Assembly: GCF_010692395.1 (NCBI RefSeq)
Contig: NZ_JAAHHS010000023.1
Location: 721-41,760, forward strand
Length of the DNA: 41,040 nucleotides
Reading direction: 5' to 3'
Origin: Moorena sp. SIO3H5
GTDB lineage: Bacteria > Cyanobacteriota > Cyanobacteriia > Cyanobacteriales > Coleofasciculaceae
The notes under the pieces were generated by a model. It had not been told where the DNA came from. It did no database searches and worked only from the letters and a program-made list of their open reading frames with translations. The first letter of the stretch is position 1; every line of letters starts with the position of its first letter. Position numbers and translations under genes: made by a program. Positions 26,282 through 35,627 of this stretch are shown piece after piece.

Positions 26282-28144
26282 TCAGCTTTCCCCAACACAT
26301 CGATAAAGCTTATAACTATACTGACCAGCCCACTTAGAGCGCTTTTCTCGAAAACATTGCTGAGACTCTAGGTCAACTTTGGTACGGAAATTAACTAACC
26401 ATAAATCTAGTGGTCGTGGCAATTCATTTAATTGTTGTTGTAATTGTTGGACAGCATCCTCGTAACTGGAACTATTCCGGTCACGACCTACTAAGAAAAA
26501 TTGGGGAAAATCCCTGGAATTATCATTAGAACCATTAGCAACAGTCAGACCTTTCAATCCCCAAGCTAATCCCATCATGCGCCCGGTCTGTCCATGGTGT
26601 TTGTAGGTCGTTGCGATCGCAAGCGGTGCTTCACTTGCTTCCTTAAGAATAGACACTAGTAGATCCGGGCGCTCGTTTTGAAGATAACCAAGATTCGAGA
26701 CTGTCACTAATCCACCCAACAGCCCAATCAACCATACCGCTACCACTATCCTTTTGCCAAAGTAAGACTTATAGCTGTTTTCATCCCGATCAAGTACATA
26801 GGATTTTCTTCTACTTTCCTGTGTTCCCCTCCTGGGAGGGGTTAGGGGTGGGTTCCTGCTCCCTGCTCCCTGCTCCCTGTTCCCTGTTCCCTGTTCCCTG
26901 TTCCCTGCTTGTGCAACAAGTCTAATCTGATTCCAACAACCACCTAAGCTTGCTGCCACCAACAGGATCACTCCTGGAAAGTAGACGAAGTGAAAACGGG
27001 GGGCTGTGCTTAAATCTATACCGAAACCCCAGGTCAAGACTAAACATAACCCAATTGCTGCTAAGACATACTCCCTTAGGATTGTGATAACGGAACGGTT
27101 ATGGTGATCGAGTTGCTGTAATTTCAGTCCATAGCGGAGATGGGATACTATCCAAACCACTAGGATTAAGGTAACTATACCGGAAACAATAATAATTCCT
27201 AGGGATAGGTCATAGAAAGAAGAAGGTAGCAGTAACACCATACTGAACAGCCATAGTAAAAATCGTCCTATGGGTTCAATCCATCGTGCGATCGCATTTT
27301 GGCTATAAATCCATTGGGTAGGGGGACTATCATGAATCGTTTGTAAGGCCGGTATCCACACTAAACATCCCGCTAAGGAACCCATAGCTACTCCATAAAT
27401 TCCCCACCAGTAAGGTTTGATCAAAGCTAGTCGGTCTTGCTGAGTTTCTCGCCAAGCTTGTCCCAATAATGCGATCGCTTCCGCACCTAAAGTCAGGATA
27501 AAGAAATAATGGGTAGCAATGCCCAGACTATTCACTCCCACCCACCCTAACCCTAGCCAACTGGGCAACCGTTCACCACAGTCGATTAACTCTACCGCTT
27601 TCACCAAGCAACCGAGAGATGCTATCACTAGCACAATAGCCAGAGTATAATGACGAGCCTGTTGAGCTAGGAAAATCCCGAAAGGGGAAACAGCCATCAT
27701 TGCTGCTGCTATGTGACCTACCAATAGTGAGCGAAAGGCCAGCCGACCTAGGCAAAAGATAGCAGGAATCGAGATTACTCCCAATAAAGCAGAAAGCGAT
27801 CGCACTGCCCAAATCGAAACTATACCATCCTCTAATGGGAATAGTTTTAGCCACAGATGGGTCAGAGCAAAATAAACTGGGGGATGGGTACTTTCCGTTA
27901 ATAAATAATGAATAACATTACTAATGCCAGCATCAGGAGACGGTTGTAGTGGGCTTAATAGGGTGTCTACTCCCATAAACTGATTCAGAGGTAACGAGTA
28001 AAAACTGTTACCCAAGCTAAATACTGTTGTCGCACATTCATCAGTCCAAGGAGGTAAAACCCCTAAACCAGCAAAGCGCAGCAAAGTCCCAATCGTAATC
28101 CACAGCAGCAATAATAAAACAGTTTGGGATTTTTTTAAGTACAT
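26282..28144 (-). CDS. GT39/ArnT-PMT-like membrane glycosyltransferase (GT-C fold)
   Basis: 620 aa; ~11 TM helices; N-terminal LRFAGLGVLPPWTDECAT motif typical of family 39; C-terminal soluble domain. Contains an in-frame repeat insertion (next feature). Confidence 0.8.
   Translation of the reverse strand: MYLKKSQTVLLLLLWITIGTLLRFAGLGVLPPWTDECATTVFSLGNSFYSLPLNQFMGVDTLLSPLQPSPDAGISNVIHYLLTESTHPPVYFALTHLWLKLFPLEDGIVSIWAVRSLSALLGVISIPAIFCLGRLAFRSLLVGHIAAAMMAVSPFGIFLAQQARHYTLAIVLVIASLGCLVKAVELIDCGERLPSWLGLGWVGVNSLGIATHYFFILTLGAEAIALLGQAWRETQQDRLALIKPYWWGIYGVAMGSLAGCLVWIPALQTIHDSPPTQWIYSQNAIARWIEPIGRFLLWLFSMVLLLPSSFYDLSLGIIIVSGIVTLILVVWIVSHLRYGLKLQQLDHHNRSVITILREYVLAAIGLCLVLTWGFGIDLSTAPRFHFVYFPGVILLVAASLGGCWNQIRLVAQAGNREQGTGNREQGAGSRNPPLTPPRRGTQESRRKSYVLDRDENSYKSYFGKRIVVAVWLIGLLGGLVTVSNLGYLQNERPDLLVSILKEASEAPLAIATTYKHHGQTGRMMGLAWGLKGLTVANGSNDNSRDFPQFFLVGRDRNSSSYEDAVQQLQQQLNELPRPLDLWLVNFRTKVDLESQQCFREKRSKWAGQYSYKLYRCVGES
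26825..26903. repeat. Palindrome CCCCTCC-TG-GGAGGGG plus seven heptamers (3x TGCTCCC, 4x TGTTCCC) lying inside the GT39 ORF
   Basis: Translated in frame as AGNREQGTGNREQGAGSRNPPLTPPRRGT; verified codon by codon. Confidence 0.95.
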
Positions 28145-28147
28145 ATA

Positions 28148-28215
28148 GGGAAGGGAACAGGGAATCGGGAGTAGGGAATCGGGAATCGGGAATCGGGAAT
28201 CGAGAATCGGGAATG
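28148..28215. repeat. Heptamer array (GGGAACA / GGGAATC units)
   Basis: Starts 4 nt upstream of the GT39 start codon. Confidence 0.9.
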
Positions 28216-28438
28216 ATTTAGGTTATTTTTTTGAAGGTTTTAGCAATTTATCTTACTTATTTTTTCAACGTTTATTGCTTGATTAAGCATGTAAATTACA
28301 ATGCCTTTAAATTTTAATCAGTTCTAAATCAACAAGTTACATAGCATTTTTAATATTTATAATTTACCTATAAAATTATTAAGCTAATCAGCATTGAAAG
28401 TTTAGATCTATCCACTGCTTAAAAAGCCTTCAATTGCT

Positions 28439-28547
28439 CTCCCCATCTCCCCATCTCCCCATCTCCCCATCTCCCCATCTCCCCACACTTCCCTCTCTCC
28501 CTGTTCCCTGTTCCCTGTTCCCTGTTCCCTGTTCCCTGTTCCCTGTT
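28439..28547. repeat. Octamer (CTCCCCAT)x5-6 then heptamer (CCCTGTT)x7
   Basis: Counted directly. Ends 3 nt from the stop of the 212-aa ORF. Confidence 0.95.
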
Positions 28548-28550
28548 CCC

Positions 28551-29189
28551 TCAACGACGAAATAAGCGTAAAATTATCCACATTACCAGAGTAGCGATCG
28601 CACCAGTGAGAATACTCCAGGCAAAAGCTGGTGTCATCATAAAGATAGTATTATTTTCAGGGGGTTGTTGTTTAACTAGGACAGTCGCAGTAATGCTACT
28701 GGTTGCTACTCCCACGCCAGCCAGAGCAATGCTTTGGTGTAAGCTACGATTACTCTGGGTTTGGTAAGTTTGGGTCATGCCATCTACTGTCCGAATCATA
28801 TTTTCTAGTAAGGTTAAACCAGACTTTAATCTGCCATGCTCCATCTCCACTTGTTGCAGATATTGGCTAGCTGCTAAATCCCTAAATTCTTCGAGAATGT
28901 GCCAATCACCCCGTTGATCAACCTGTTTTAGTTTAGTCAATCGTTGTTGGTAATGTTCGATATTGGTTTTAATGGTTTGGGCTTGGGAATCGAGAATACC
29001 TAAATTAGTAGCATAACGAGACAATAGAGTGAGGTTATTGCTTAGTATTTCTCGTAACTTTACTGTATTTTGAGATAACATACTGATCTCAGCAATACTA
29101 GTGTTAACTGAAACTAGATCAGCTTTCAATTCTGCTAGTGGTGTGTTAATTTCACCATAAGCCCAAAGAATTTTGTTACGATAATACAA
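28551..29189 (-). CDS. Hypothetical coiled-coil protein with two C-terminal TM helices, overlapping the kinase gene by 14 nt
   Basis: 212 aa. The only canonical start is TTG 29189. Long helical/coiled region, then SIALAGVGVATSSITATVLV and AFAWSILTGAIATLVMWIILRLF. Family not recognised. Confidence 0.5.
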   Translation of the reverse strand: MYYRNKILWAYGEINTPLAELKADLVSVNTSIAEISMLSQNTVKLREILSNNLTLLSRYATNLGILDSQAQTIKTNIEHYQQRLTKLKQVDQRGDWHILEEFRDLAASQYLQQVEMEHGRLKSGLTLLENMIRTVDGMTQTYQTQSNRSLHQSIALAGVGVATSSITATVLVKQQPPENNTIFMMTPAFAWSILTGAIATLVMWIILRLFRR

Positions 29190-30618
29190 TAGGTAAATTA
29201 AATCTATATAAATGCCAGTAATGGTGTCTATTATAGAGGCTATAACAACGACCCCAATGAGCTTCTGCTAAATTTGAGTTGCTTGCGATCGCTTTTTCGT
29301 AAGTCATCAGTGCTTGCTGGTATTTTTCTGCTTGCCGCAAGCTATCCCCTTGGCTGTTTAATTCTATTGCAGTTGGTTGTGTTTCCGGGTCGGATGGCGA
29401 TTTCGCAGCTGATTCGGTATCCGATTCGGGAATAGTTTTTTGGACTGAGCTGGTAGTAGTACTTTCAGGGGTGTTGCTAACTACGGCTGGGGTTGCAGGT
29501 TTTGACTCAGAGCTGGTGGTCGAACTTTCGGCAACGGTATCGCTAATGTTATCAGTAATGTTGTCAGTTTGAGTGACAGGTTTGGGAACTAGAAAAGTCT
29601 TAGTAGCGATCACAGAAATACCGATACCCATCCCTGCTAAGACAGTAATCATCAACCAAGGCTTCATTAACCATCTTCGGATGATCTCTGATCTGGCCTG
29701 GGTTTGTGCTGATGTTGCTGAAAAAGAAACAGTCTCTTCCGGAACTGTAGCAGACATAGCTATTGTTGGTGCAGCAGTTAGCCTCTGAACTGCTGCCAAC
29801 GCTTCTACTGCCGTCGGGTAGCGGTCACGGAAATCATAGCGCACCATACAGTCGAGGATATCCGCTAATTCTGAGTTAACTTGGGTGTTAAGTTGGATGC
29901 GATTGCGCCAGTTGATTTCCCCTGTTTCGGAGTTTTCTTTTAGTAACTTGGGATGAATTCCGGTTAATGCCTGGATACCTACCATCCCCACCGCATAGAT
30001 ATCGCTGCTAAAACGGGGATTGCCACCGAACTGTTCTTTGGGGGTGTAGCCATAACTGCCAATCGCAATGGTTTTGGTTTGCCCCGTTTCGGGATCGATA
30101 ATCTGGGTGCTAGCTTGCTTAACTGCCCCAAAGTCAATCATGACTATTCTATTATCCTTGCGGCGGCGAATCAGGTTTGGGGGTTTGATATCACGATGGA
30201 TCACACGTTGCTCATGGACAAATACTAGGACTTGTAGGATGTCTTGCAACAGAGCAATCACTCGATTTGATTCCCAAGGCTGACTGATTTCTTGGTTGAG
30301 GGGTTGTCCATCAATAAATTCTTGGGCCAGATAAAACTCGTGATTTTCCTCAAAATGCGCCAGCAACTGGGGGATCTGATCGTGGGTACCCAGCTGGTAG
30401 AGGACTTGGGCTTCTCGCTCAAATAGGCCTTTGGAAATTTCCAAACACTCAGGATCCGTCACCTGAGGTTTGAGCTGTTTAATCACACATTGGGGAGTTC
30501 CTGGCAAGTGCAAGTCCTGTGCCAGAAACGTTTCACCAAAGCCACCTGCTCCCAGCTTGCTGATAATTTTGTAGCGACCGCCTAAGGGCTTTGCGGAATT
30601 TAGCAGTTCATTGTTCAT
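29176..30618 (-). CDS. Hanks-type Ser/Thr protein kinase with TM helix, S/T/P-rich region and a truncated TPR-like C-terminus
   Basis: 480 aa; GAGGFGETF (G-loop), VIKQL (Lys), HRDIKPPNL, DFG, GSYGYTPKEQ. TM segment WLMITVLAGMGIGISVIA. Confidence 0.9.
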   Translation of the reverse strand: MNNELLNSAKPLGGRYKIISKLGAGGFGETFLAQDLHLPGTPQCVIKQLKPQVTDPECLEISKGLFEREAQVLYQLGTHDQIPQLLAHFEENHEFYLAQEFIDGQPLNQEISQPWESNRVIALLQDILQVLVFVHEQRVIHRDIKPPNLIRRRKDNRIVMIDFGAVKQASTQIIDPETGQTKTIAIGSYGYTPKEQFGGNPRFSSDIYAVGMVGIQALTGIHPKLLKENSETGEINWRNRIQLNTQVNSELADILDCMVRYDFRDRYPTAVEALAAVQRLTAAPTIAMSATVPEETVSFSATSAQTQARSEIIRRWLMKPWLMITVLAGMGIGISVIATKTFLVPKPVTQTDNITDNISDTVAESSTTSSESKPATPAVVSNTPESTTTSSVQKTIPESDTESAAKSPSDPETQPTAIELNSQGDSLRQAEKYQQALMTYEKAIASNSNLAEAHWGRCYSLYNRHHYWHLYRFNLPIVLS

Positions 30619-30692
30619 GGTTTAGCTTTGATTATACTCGCTATCCCAGAAGTCGCTACAGGTTTACAGGGTTCTATAAGCCGGAGTTTAAT

Positions 30693-31610
30693 TTAACTAT
30701 CAATTTTAACCGTAGACACCCAGTCTTTGTATTTCGGTTCCCGATTTTCGGTAATTGCTGCTAGCATTTCCTTTAGCTTTTCGGTTATTGGTCTGTTTTG
30801 AGATAAATGATAGTTTTCAATTCGTTTAACTGGGGTGATCTTTGCCGCTGTCCCACTCAGAAATACTTCATCCGCAATAAATAGTTCTGATTTATCCACT
30901 GGTCGTTGTATAGTTGGCAAGCCCATGTCTTTAGCAAGGGTCAGAATACTATCCCGAGTAATTCCTTCTAGGATATCCTGATCGAATCCAGGGGTAATTA
31001 GCTGCCCATTTCTGACTATAAAGATATTCATCCCAGAAGCTTCCGATACTTTCCCCTCAGAATTCATCAAAATTGCTTCATCAAAGCCAGACTCTACTGC
31101 TTCTGTTTTTGCCAAGGAAGAGGTAATATAAGCCCCACTAATTTTACCTCTCAAGGGTAAACTTTGGTCTTGTTGTCGATGCCATGAACTAATCCGACAG
31201 TTAACTCCCTTAGGAGATAAAAAATCACCTAATTCTAATCCATACACAAAAAAGTCTTTGTCAATCTTATGGAGTCTCGGGGAAATTCCTAAATCTGACG
31301 TGTAGACAAAAGGGCGGATATAAAACGGTGTAGTTGGTTTATTTTGTTTTATAAAATCAATGATAATAGTCTTGATTTTATCAGCAGGTAAATTGTAGTT
31401 TAATAACCGGGCACTATTACTTAGCCGTTGGCAATGGCGGTCTAACCGAAACAGTAAACATTGCTGTGGGTTTTTCGGGTCAGGGAGAGAGCGTAATCCG
31501 CCAAAAGCTCCAGTGCCGTAGTGTAAGGCATGGGTAGCAATGGAAATTTTGGCGTCAGCAAAAGGGACAAACTTGTTCTGAAAGTAAGCAATGGGCAAAA
31601 AATCAGGCAT
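30693..31610 (-). CDS. ilvE: Branched-chain amino acid aminotransferase (class IV PLP enzyme)
   Basis: 305 aa; HALHYGTGAFGGLR, GAYITSSLAKTEA, EASGMNIF, LEGITRDS motifs. Confidence 0.9.
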   Translation of the reverse strand: MPDFLPIAYFQNKFVPFADAKISIATHALHYGTGAFGGLRSLPDPKNPQQCLLFRLDRHCQRLSNSARLLNYNLPADKIKTIIIDFIKQNKPTTPFYIRPFVYTSDLGISPRLHKIDKDFFVYGLELGDFLSPKGVNCRISSWHRQQDQSLPLRGKISGAYITSSLAKTEAVESGFDEAILMNSEGKVSEASGMNIFIVRNGQLITPGFDQDILEGITRDSILTLAKDMGLPTIQRPVDKSELFIADEVFLSGTAAKITPVKRIENYHLSQNRPITEKLKEMLAAITENREPKYKDWVSTVKIDS

Positions 31611-31897
31611 AGTTAAAATCAGTGCTTCAAGATTAATTTATCTCAGTTTAACGAGAGGCTGACAGCATGGTCTCCATGGCATAAGCGCCTTGTTGTCACC
31701 CCCTCAGGGGGAACTGGCTCCTACCCATGACCTACCCAAAACCCCACACCCGACACCCTATCTAATTTTCACTCTTGTTGTCAGCCCCTGAGCACCGCTG
31801 GCCATGGTTGACAATAAATTTTTCATGTGCTAAGCAAAACTCAGCACTGACCTACTCAGCACTGATCCACGATGTTCTAGTTAGCAGGAGTGAAATC

Positions 31898-32482
31898 TTG
31901 GCTGAACCTATTTATGTTCAATTGACCTGGGAAGACCCAGAAACCGGCGAGTTAAAGAAACCTGTTCTGAGACCGCCCATTGCTGTTGGTCGAGAAAAGG
32001 ACCATTTGCCAGAACAGTTAGCAGGTCAATCTGTGTCTCATCTGGTACTTCTTGACAAAGAAATTTCCCGCTATCACGCCCTGATCACAGTGGCTAATAC
32101 CCAACTCTATATTACTGACCGCAGCGCCAACGGCACATTTATTAACGGGCGACAGATTCGCTCTGGTATTCAACCTTTTTCAAGCAAGGACACCCTGCGG
32201 ATTGGTCCTTACAAGATTACAGCGACCTTGAAACGGGAAAATGACCTGAACGCCACTGCACAGAACTTTGACCAGACGAGTCTATTAGGTGAGAAAAGTG
32301 TCTCCAACTCTCTGCCCAAGAATAAACCTATGGTTTGGTTGATTGGCTTAGTGGTACTTTTAATAATGGGAGTCGGCACGTGGGTCGTGGTCAGCGGTCT
32401 GCTGGAAGGGTTAAAACCGGAGATGCAAGACGAGGACAACGATTCCTCTACACATCTAGAACGGTTAGTCGTCAACAGCTAG
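31898..32482 (+). CDS. FHA-domain protein with C-terminal TM anchor
   Basis: FHA signature GRE...ISRYHALI...ITDRSANGTFINGRQI. TM segment MVWLIGLVVLLIMGVGTWVVVSGLL. TTG 31898 with AGGAG 8 nt upstream is preferred over the upstream TTG 31775. Confidence 0.78.
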   Translation: MAEPIYVQLTWEDPETGELKKPVLRPPIAVGREKDHLPEQLAGQSVSHLVLLDKEISRYHALITVANTQLYITDRSANGTFINGRQIRSGIQPFSSKDTLRIGPYKITATLKRENDLNATAQNFDQTSLLGEKSVSNSLPKNKPMVWLIGLVVLLIMGVGTWVVVSGLLEGLKPEMQDEDNDSSTHLERLVVNS

Positions 32483-32547
32483 TTAGCTCAATCTTAACCA
32501 TGAGATTCTAATGTTATCGAAAATAGAACCTAAATGGAACGTAACCT

Positions 32548-34572
32548 ATGGAATCTCTTCTGAATGTTCGATTTTCCATTAACCCTTTCCCAAGGGTTAG
32601 GTTTCAGCGTTCCTTGGGATTGGTTTTGCTAGGTGTACTTACCCTACTGCTCACCCTATTACCATGCTCTACCTTAGCACAGGAATCTTTGGCAAATGGC
32701 ACTAAGAAAGCTCCTGTGGTAGTGGATGGTATTGAATTATTTCAAGTGGGCAACGCTGGCAACTTTAGCGCTACTGAGCGAGCCAATCTGATCAATCAGC
32801 GCTTAGCAAGGGAGGTGAAATCCCCACAAAAACCTAAGTATGTGGACATTGAATATGTCGGGCAAAACGAGGGGATTCTTCGTACCAAGTTTACCGAGCG
32901 CATTCTGGTCACCATTACCAAGGCCGATCAAATTCCTGATACTGATCCTCTTGAGCAAGCCCAGAAATGGGAGAAGCTGATTGAAAGGGCAATCCGGCAG
33001 GGCAAACGACAGCGGATGCCAGATTATAGTCGTCAGGCAGTAAGGTTTACAGCCATAGTGCAGGTGTTGTTAATGCTGTTGTACTTGCTGTTACGCTTCT
33101 TCAGGCAATTTGCCTTGCGGAAACTGACCTCTTGGCTAGGGAATCCGGCTTCGCCTTTTTTCCCTTGGCATGACCCAGCCAAATTATTTCTGGGGGCAGC
33201 CCTGTTAGGTTTACAGCTTATCCTGTGGACTACAGCGATCTTAACCATTAGTGACCTATTTCCCCAAGTTCGCAGTTGGCGTTATGACCTGTTAAACTTC
33301 CTCAAGTCTCCTGTCATTGGTGCAGGAGAAAGCAAGTATTCTGCTATCCAAGTGCTGCTGTTGGTGGTATTAACCGTTGTGCTATGGTTTGTGGTTAGTG
33401 CCCTCACCAGGCTATTGAGGCGTTACGTCTTGGGCAAAAGTGGCGCTGATTCAGGGGTGCAAGAGGTTATTGCTATCCTGACCCAGTATGTCCTGACATT
33501 TTTGGGCATGATTATCATACTGCAAAGTTCTGGGTTGGATTTGAGTTCCCTAACCATTTTTGCCAGTGTCTTAGGGGTAGGAATTGGCTTCGGTGTGCAA
33601 AATATTGCTAACAACTTTATCAGTGGCTTAATTATCACCCTAGAGCGACCGATTCAACTGGGGGATTTTATTAAAGTCAACGATTTGGTGGGAACTGTGC
33701 AGCGCATTGGTTCCCGCAGTACAGAAATTTGCACCTTGGATAAAGTGACAATAATTGTGCCCAATGCCCGGTTTTTAGAAACTGAGGTGATTAACTGGAG
33801 TCACGGTAACCCGATTTCCCGGCTCAAGATTCCTGTAGGAGTGGCTTACGGATCTGATGTGGAGCAGGTCAAGAAGGCACTGTTGGCAGCTGCCAAGAGT
33901 CACCCGGAAGTGTTACTGAGGCCCTATCCCCAAGTTTGGTTTCAGGAATTTGGTGAGAGTTCCCTCAACTTTGAGCTGTTGGTCTGGACTGGAGACCCCA
34001 AGCGGCAGCCTAAAATCAAAAGTGACTTGAACTACCGGATTGAGAAAAGTCTGCGTCGCCATGATATCCATATACCATTTCCTCAACGGGACCTCCATGT
34101 GCGATCGCCTCAGTTAGAGAAATTGCTCACGGCTTGGCTGGGGGAGCGTCAGCCAAAACCGCCAGAAAACCAACTCTATATTCCTAATGGATATCAGTCT
34201 GAGCGGCCCACCCAAGATGCTTTAGTTTCAGGTTTCCTAGAGCCGATGGATGAAGTAGATCTAGATTCTTACCCTACGGCTCCTTTGCAAGAGGATATGG
34301 TAACACTAGACATTGAAACCTTGGTCGAGGAAATGCGTCAACCAGGAGGATTGGATATTAAAGACCGTCGCTATCGTCTCAATAGCTATGGATGCTGTTT
34401 TGTTGGCTCAGAAGCCGTAGATTGGTTGGTAAAACGGTGTAATTCTACTCGGGAAGACGCAGTAACTGTTGGACAGATACTAATTAATAGAGGTATTATT
34501 CATCATGTCGCAGATGATCATCCTTTCCGGGATGATTATTTGTTTTACCGTTTTTATTTAGATGAGAATTAA
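32548..34572 (+). CDS. MscS-family mechanosensitive channel with C-terminal DEP domain
   Basis: 674 aa. MscS core NNFISGLIITLERPIQLGDFIKVNDLVGTVQRIGSRSTEICTLDKVTIIVPNARF. Last ~85 aa (nt ~34309-34569) GGLDIKDRRYRLNSYGCCFVGSEAVDWLVKRCNSTREDAVTVGQILINRGIIHHVADDHPFRDDYLFYRF align by eye to the DEP consensus. Confidence 0.85.
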   Translation: MESLLNVRFSINPFPRVRFQRSLGLVLLGVLTLLLTLLPCSTLAQESLANGTKKAPVVVDGIELFQVGNAGNFSATERANLINQRLAREVKSPQKPKYVDIEYVGQNEGILRTKFTERILVTITKADQIPDTDPLEQAQKWEKLIERAIRQGKRQRMPDYSRQAVRFTAIVQVLLMLLYLLLRFFRQFALRKLTSWLGNPASPFFPWHDPAKLFLGAALLGLQLILWTTAILTISDLFPQVRSWRYDLLNFLKSPVIGAGESKYSAIQVLLLVVLTVVLWFVVSALTRLLRRYVLGKSGADSGVQEVIAILTQYVLTFLGMIIILQSSGLDLSSLTIFASVLGVGIGFGVQNIANNFISGLIITLERPIQLGDFIKVNDLVGTVQRIGSRSTEICTLDKVTIIVPNARFLETEVINWSHGNPISRLKIPVGVAYGSDVEQVKKALLAAAKSHPEVLLRPYPQVWFQEFGESSLNFELLVWTGDPKRQPKIKSDLNYRIEKSLRRHDIHIPFPQRDLHVRSPQLEKLLTAWLGERQPKPPENQLYIPNGYQSERPTQDALVSGFLEPMDEVDLDSYPTAPLQEDMVTLDIETLVEEMRQPGGLDIKDRRYRLNSYGCCFVGSEAVDWLVKRCNSTREDAVTVGQILINRGIIHHVADDHPFRDDYLFYRFYLDEN

Positions 34573-34691
34573 TTTAAGTATTCAGCTTAAGCGCTACGCG
34601 CACGCGTGCGCGTTCAGCTATTAGCTTATGCGCGCACTTATCACAGGCTAGAAGCCTGTGCCACGCAAACTACGGTAACAGGCAAAGGCCA

Positions 34692-34740
34692 ACGGCTGAC
34701 CACTGACGGCTGACGGCTGACAGCTGACGGCTGACAGCTG
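34692..34740. repeat. Heptamer array (GACGGCT/GACAGCT)
   Basis: Read directly. Confidence 0.9.
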
Positions 34741-34759
34741 AATACTTAGATTAATTTCA

Positions 34760-35263
34760 TTAACATCCTAAAGAATCGCGAGTATCAACACCAGTTATAG
34801 TATTAGTACCAGAAGCTTTTTTGCATAGCTCCTGGTCTTGGTTATAATCCAAAATTACAAAGGTGAAGTCAGCGCCAGTAATATCTGCACCCTTAAATTT
34901 AGATTTCAATATCATTGCCTCTTCAAACACTGCATCGGTTAAGTCTGCTTCCTTGAAAGTAGATCCATTAATGAATGCAAAGGTAAAATCTGCTCCATGT
35001 AGGTTAGCATTCGTGAAATCAACTTTGGTAATGTTGGCACCTATAAACTTAGCCTTGCTCAAGTTGGCTGACTGTAAATTGACATTGCTAAAAACATTCT
35101 CACTAAAGTCTTCACCGGATTTATCCTGACCGCTTAGATCCTTGTTTTCATAGGTAGCGTTAATGGTGGCAGCGCTTTGGGCTTGGGCTGGCAGAGGCAA
35201 CACTAGAATAGTTAGTGCTAGTAGAAAGGCTGCCAGGTGTAAAAAGTACTTACCGTACTTCAT
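34760..35263 (-). CDS. Pentapeptide-repeat protein with signal peptide (lumenal/periplasmic type)
   Basis: 167 aa. Signal MKYGKYFLHLAAFLLALTILVLPLPAQA, then A(D/N)LxX repeats (ANLSKAKFIGANITKVDFTNANLHGADFTFAFINGSTFKEADL). Confidence 0.85.
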   Translation of the reverse strand: MKYGKYFLHLAAFLLALTILVLPLPAQAQSAATINATYENKDLSGQDKSGEDFSENVFSNVNLQSANLSKAKFIGANITKVDFTNANLHGADFTFAFINGSTFKEADLTDAVFEEAMILKSKFKGADITGADFTFVILDYNQDQELCKKASGTNTITGVDTRDSLGC

Positions 35264-35395
35264 GAATTGCTCTAATCCTCCTGTTGATTAAACGTTGCTG
35301 ACAAGGGTAACTATATCAATTTTTGTAGGAGTTGTGAATAGGGCACTATAGGGCAATTTTCAGCAAGGTTTGAGGGACATTGTTTATAGTTTTAA

Positions 35396-35444
35396 GGCAA
35401 TAGGCAATAGGCAATAGGCAATAGGCAATAGGCAATAGGCAATA
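35396..35444. repeat. Heptamer array (GGCAATA)x7
   Basis: Counted directly. Confidence 0.95.
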
Positions 35445-35594
35445 GCGATGCTTCAGAAAGTAGTATACTAAGATTACGTAATTTTTTTGGGAAGCGATTG
35501 ACCTTGGCCTAAAGGCCACGCTAGGCGAATGGTCACGCTACGCGATGCTCGGTAGGAGCCGCTACGGGAACGCAAAAAAATAGACTTTACTGAG
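35440..35594 (+). repeat. Dispersed GC-rich element, copy A (direct repeat partner of 39565-39748)
   Basis: CAATAGCGATGCTTCAG...GGCCACGCTAGGCGAATGGTCACGCTACGCGATGCTCGGTAGGAGCCGCTACGGGAACGC aligns with copy B at roughly 85 percent identity by eye, with one 9-nt indel. Confidence 0.8.
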
Positions 35595-35627
35595 TAAAAA
35601 TACTTGTTTAATCAATAGGAGTAGAGT

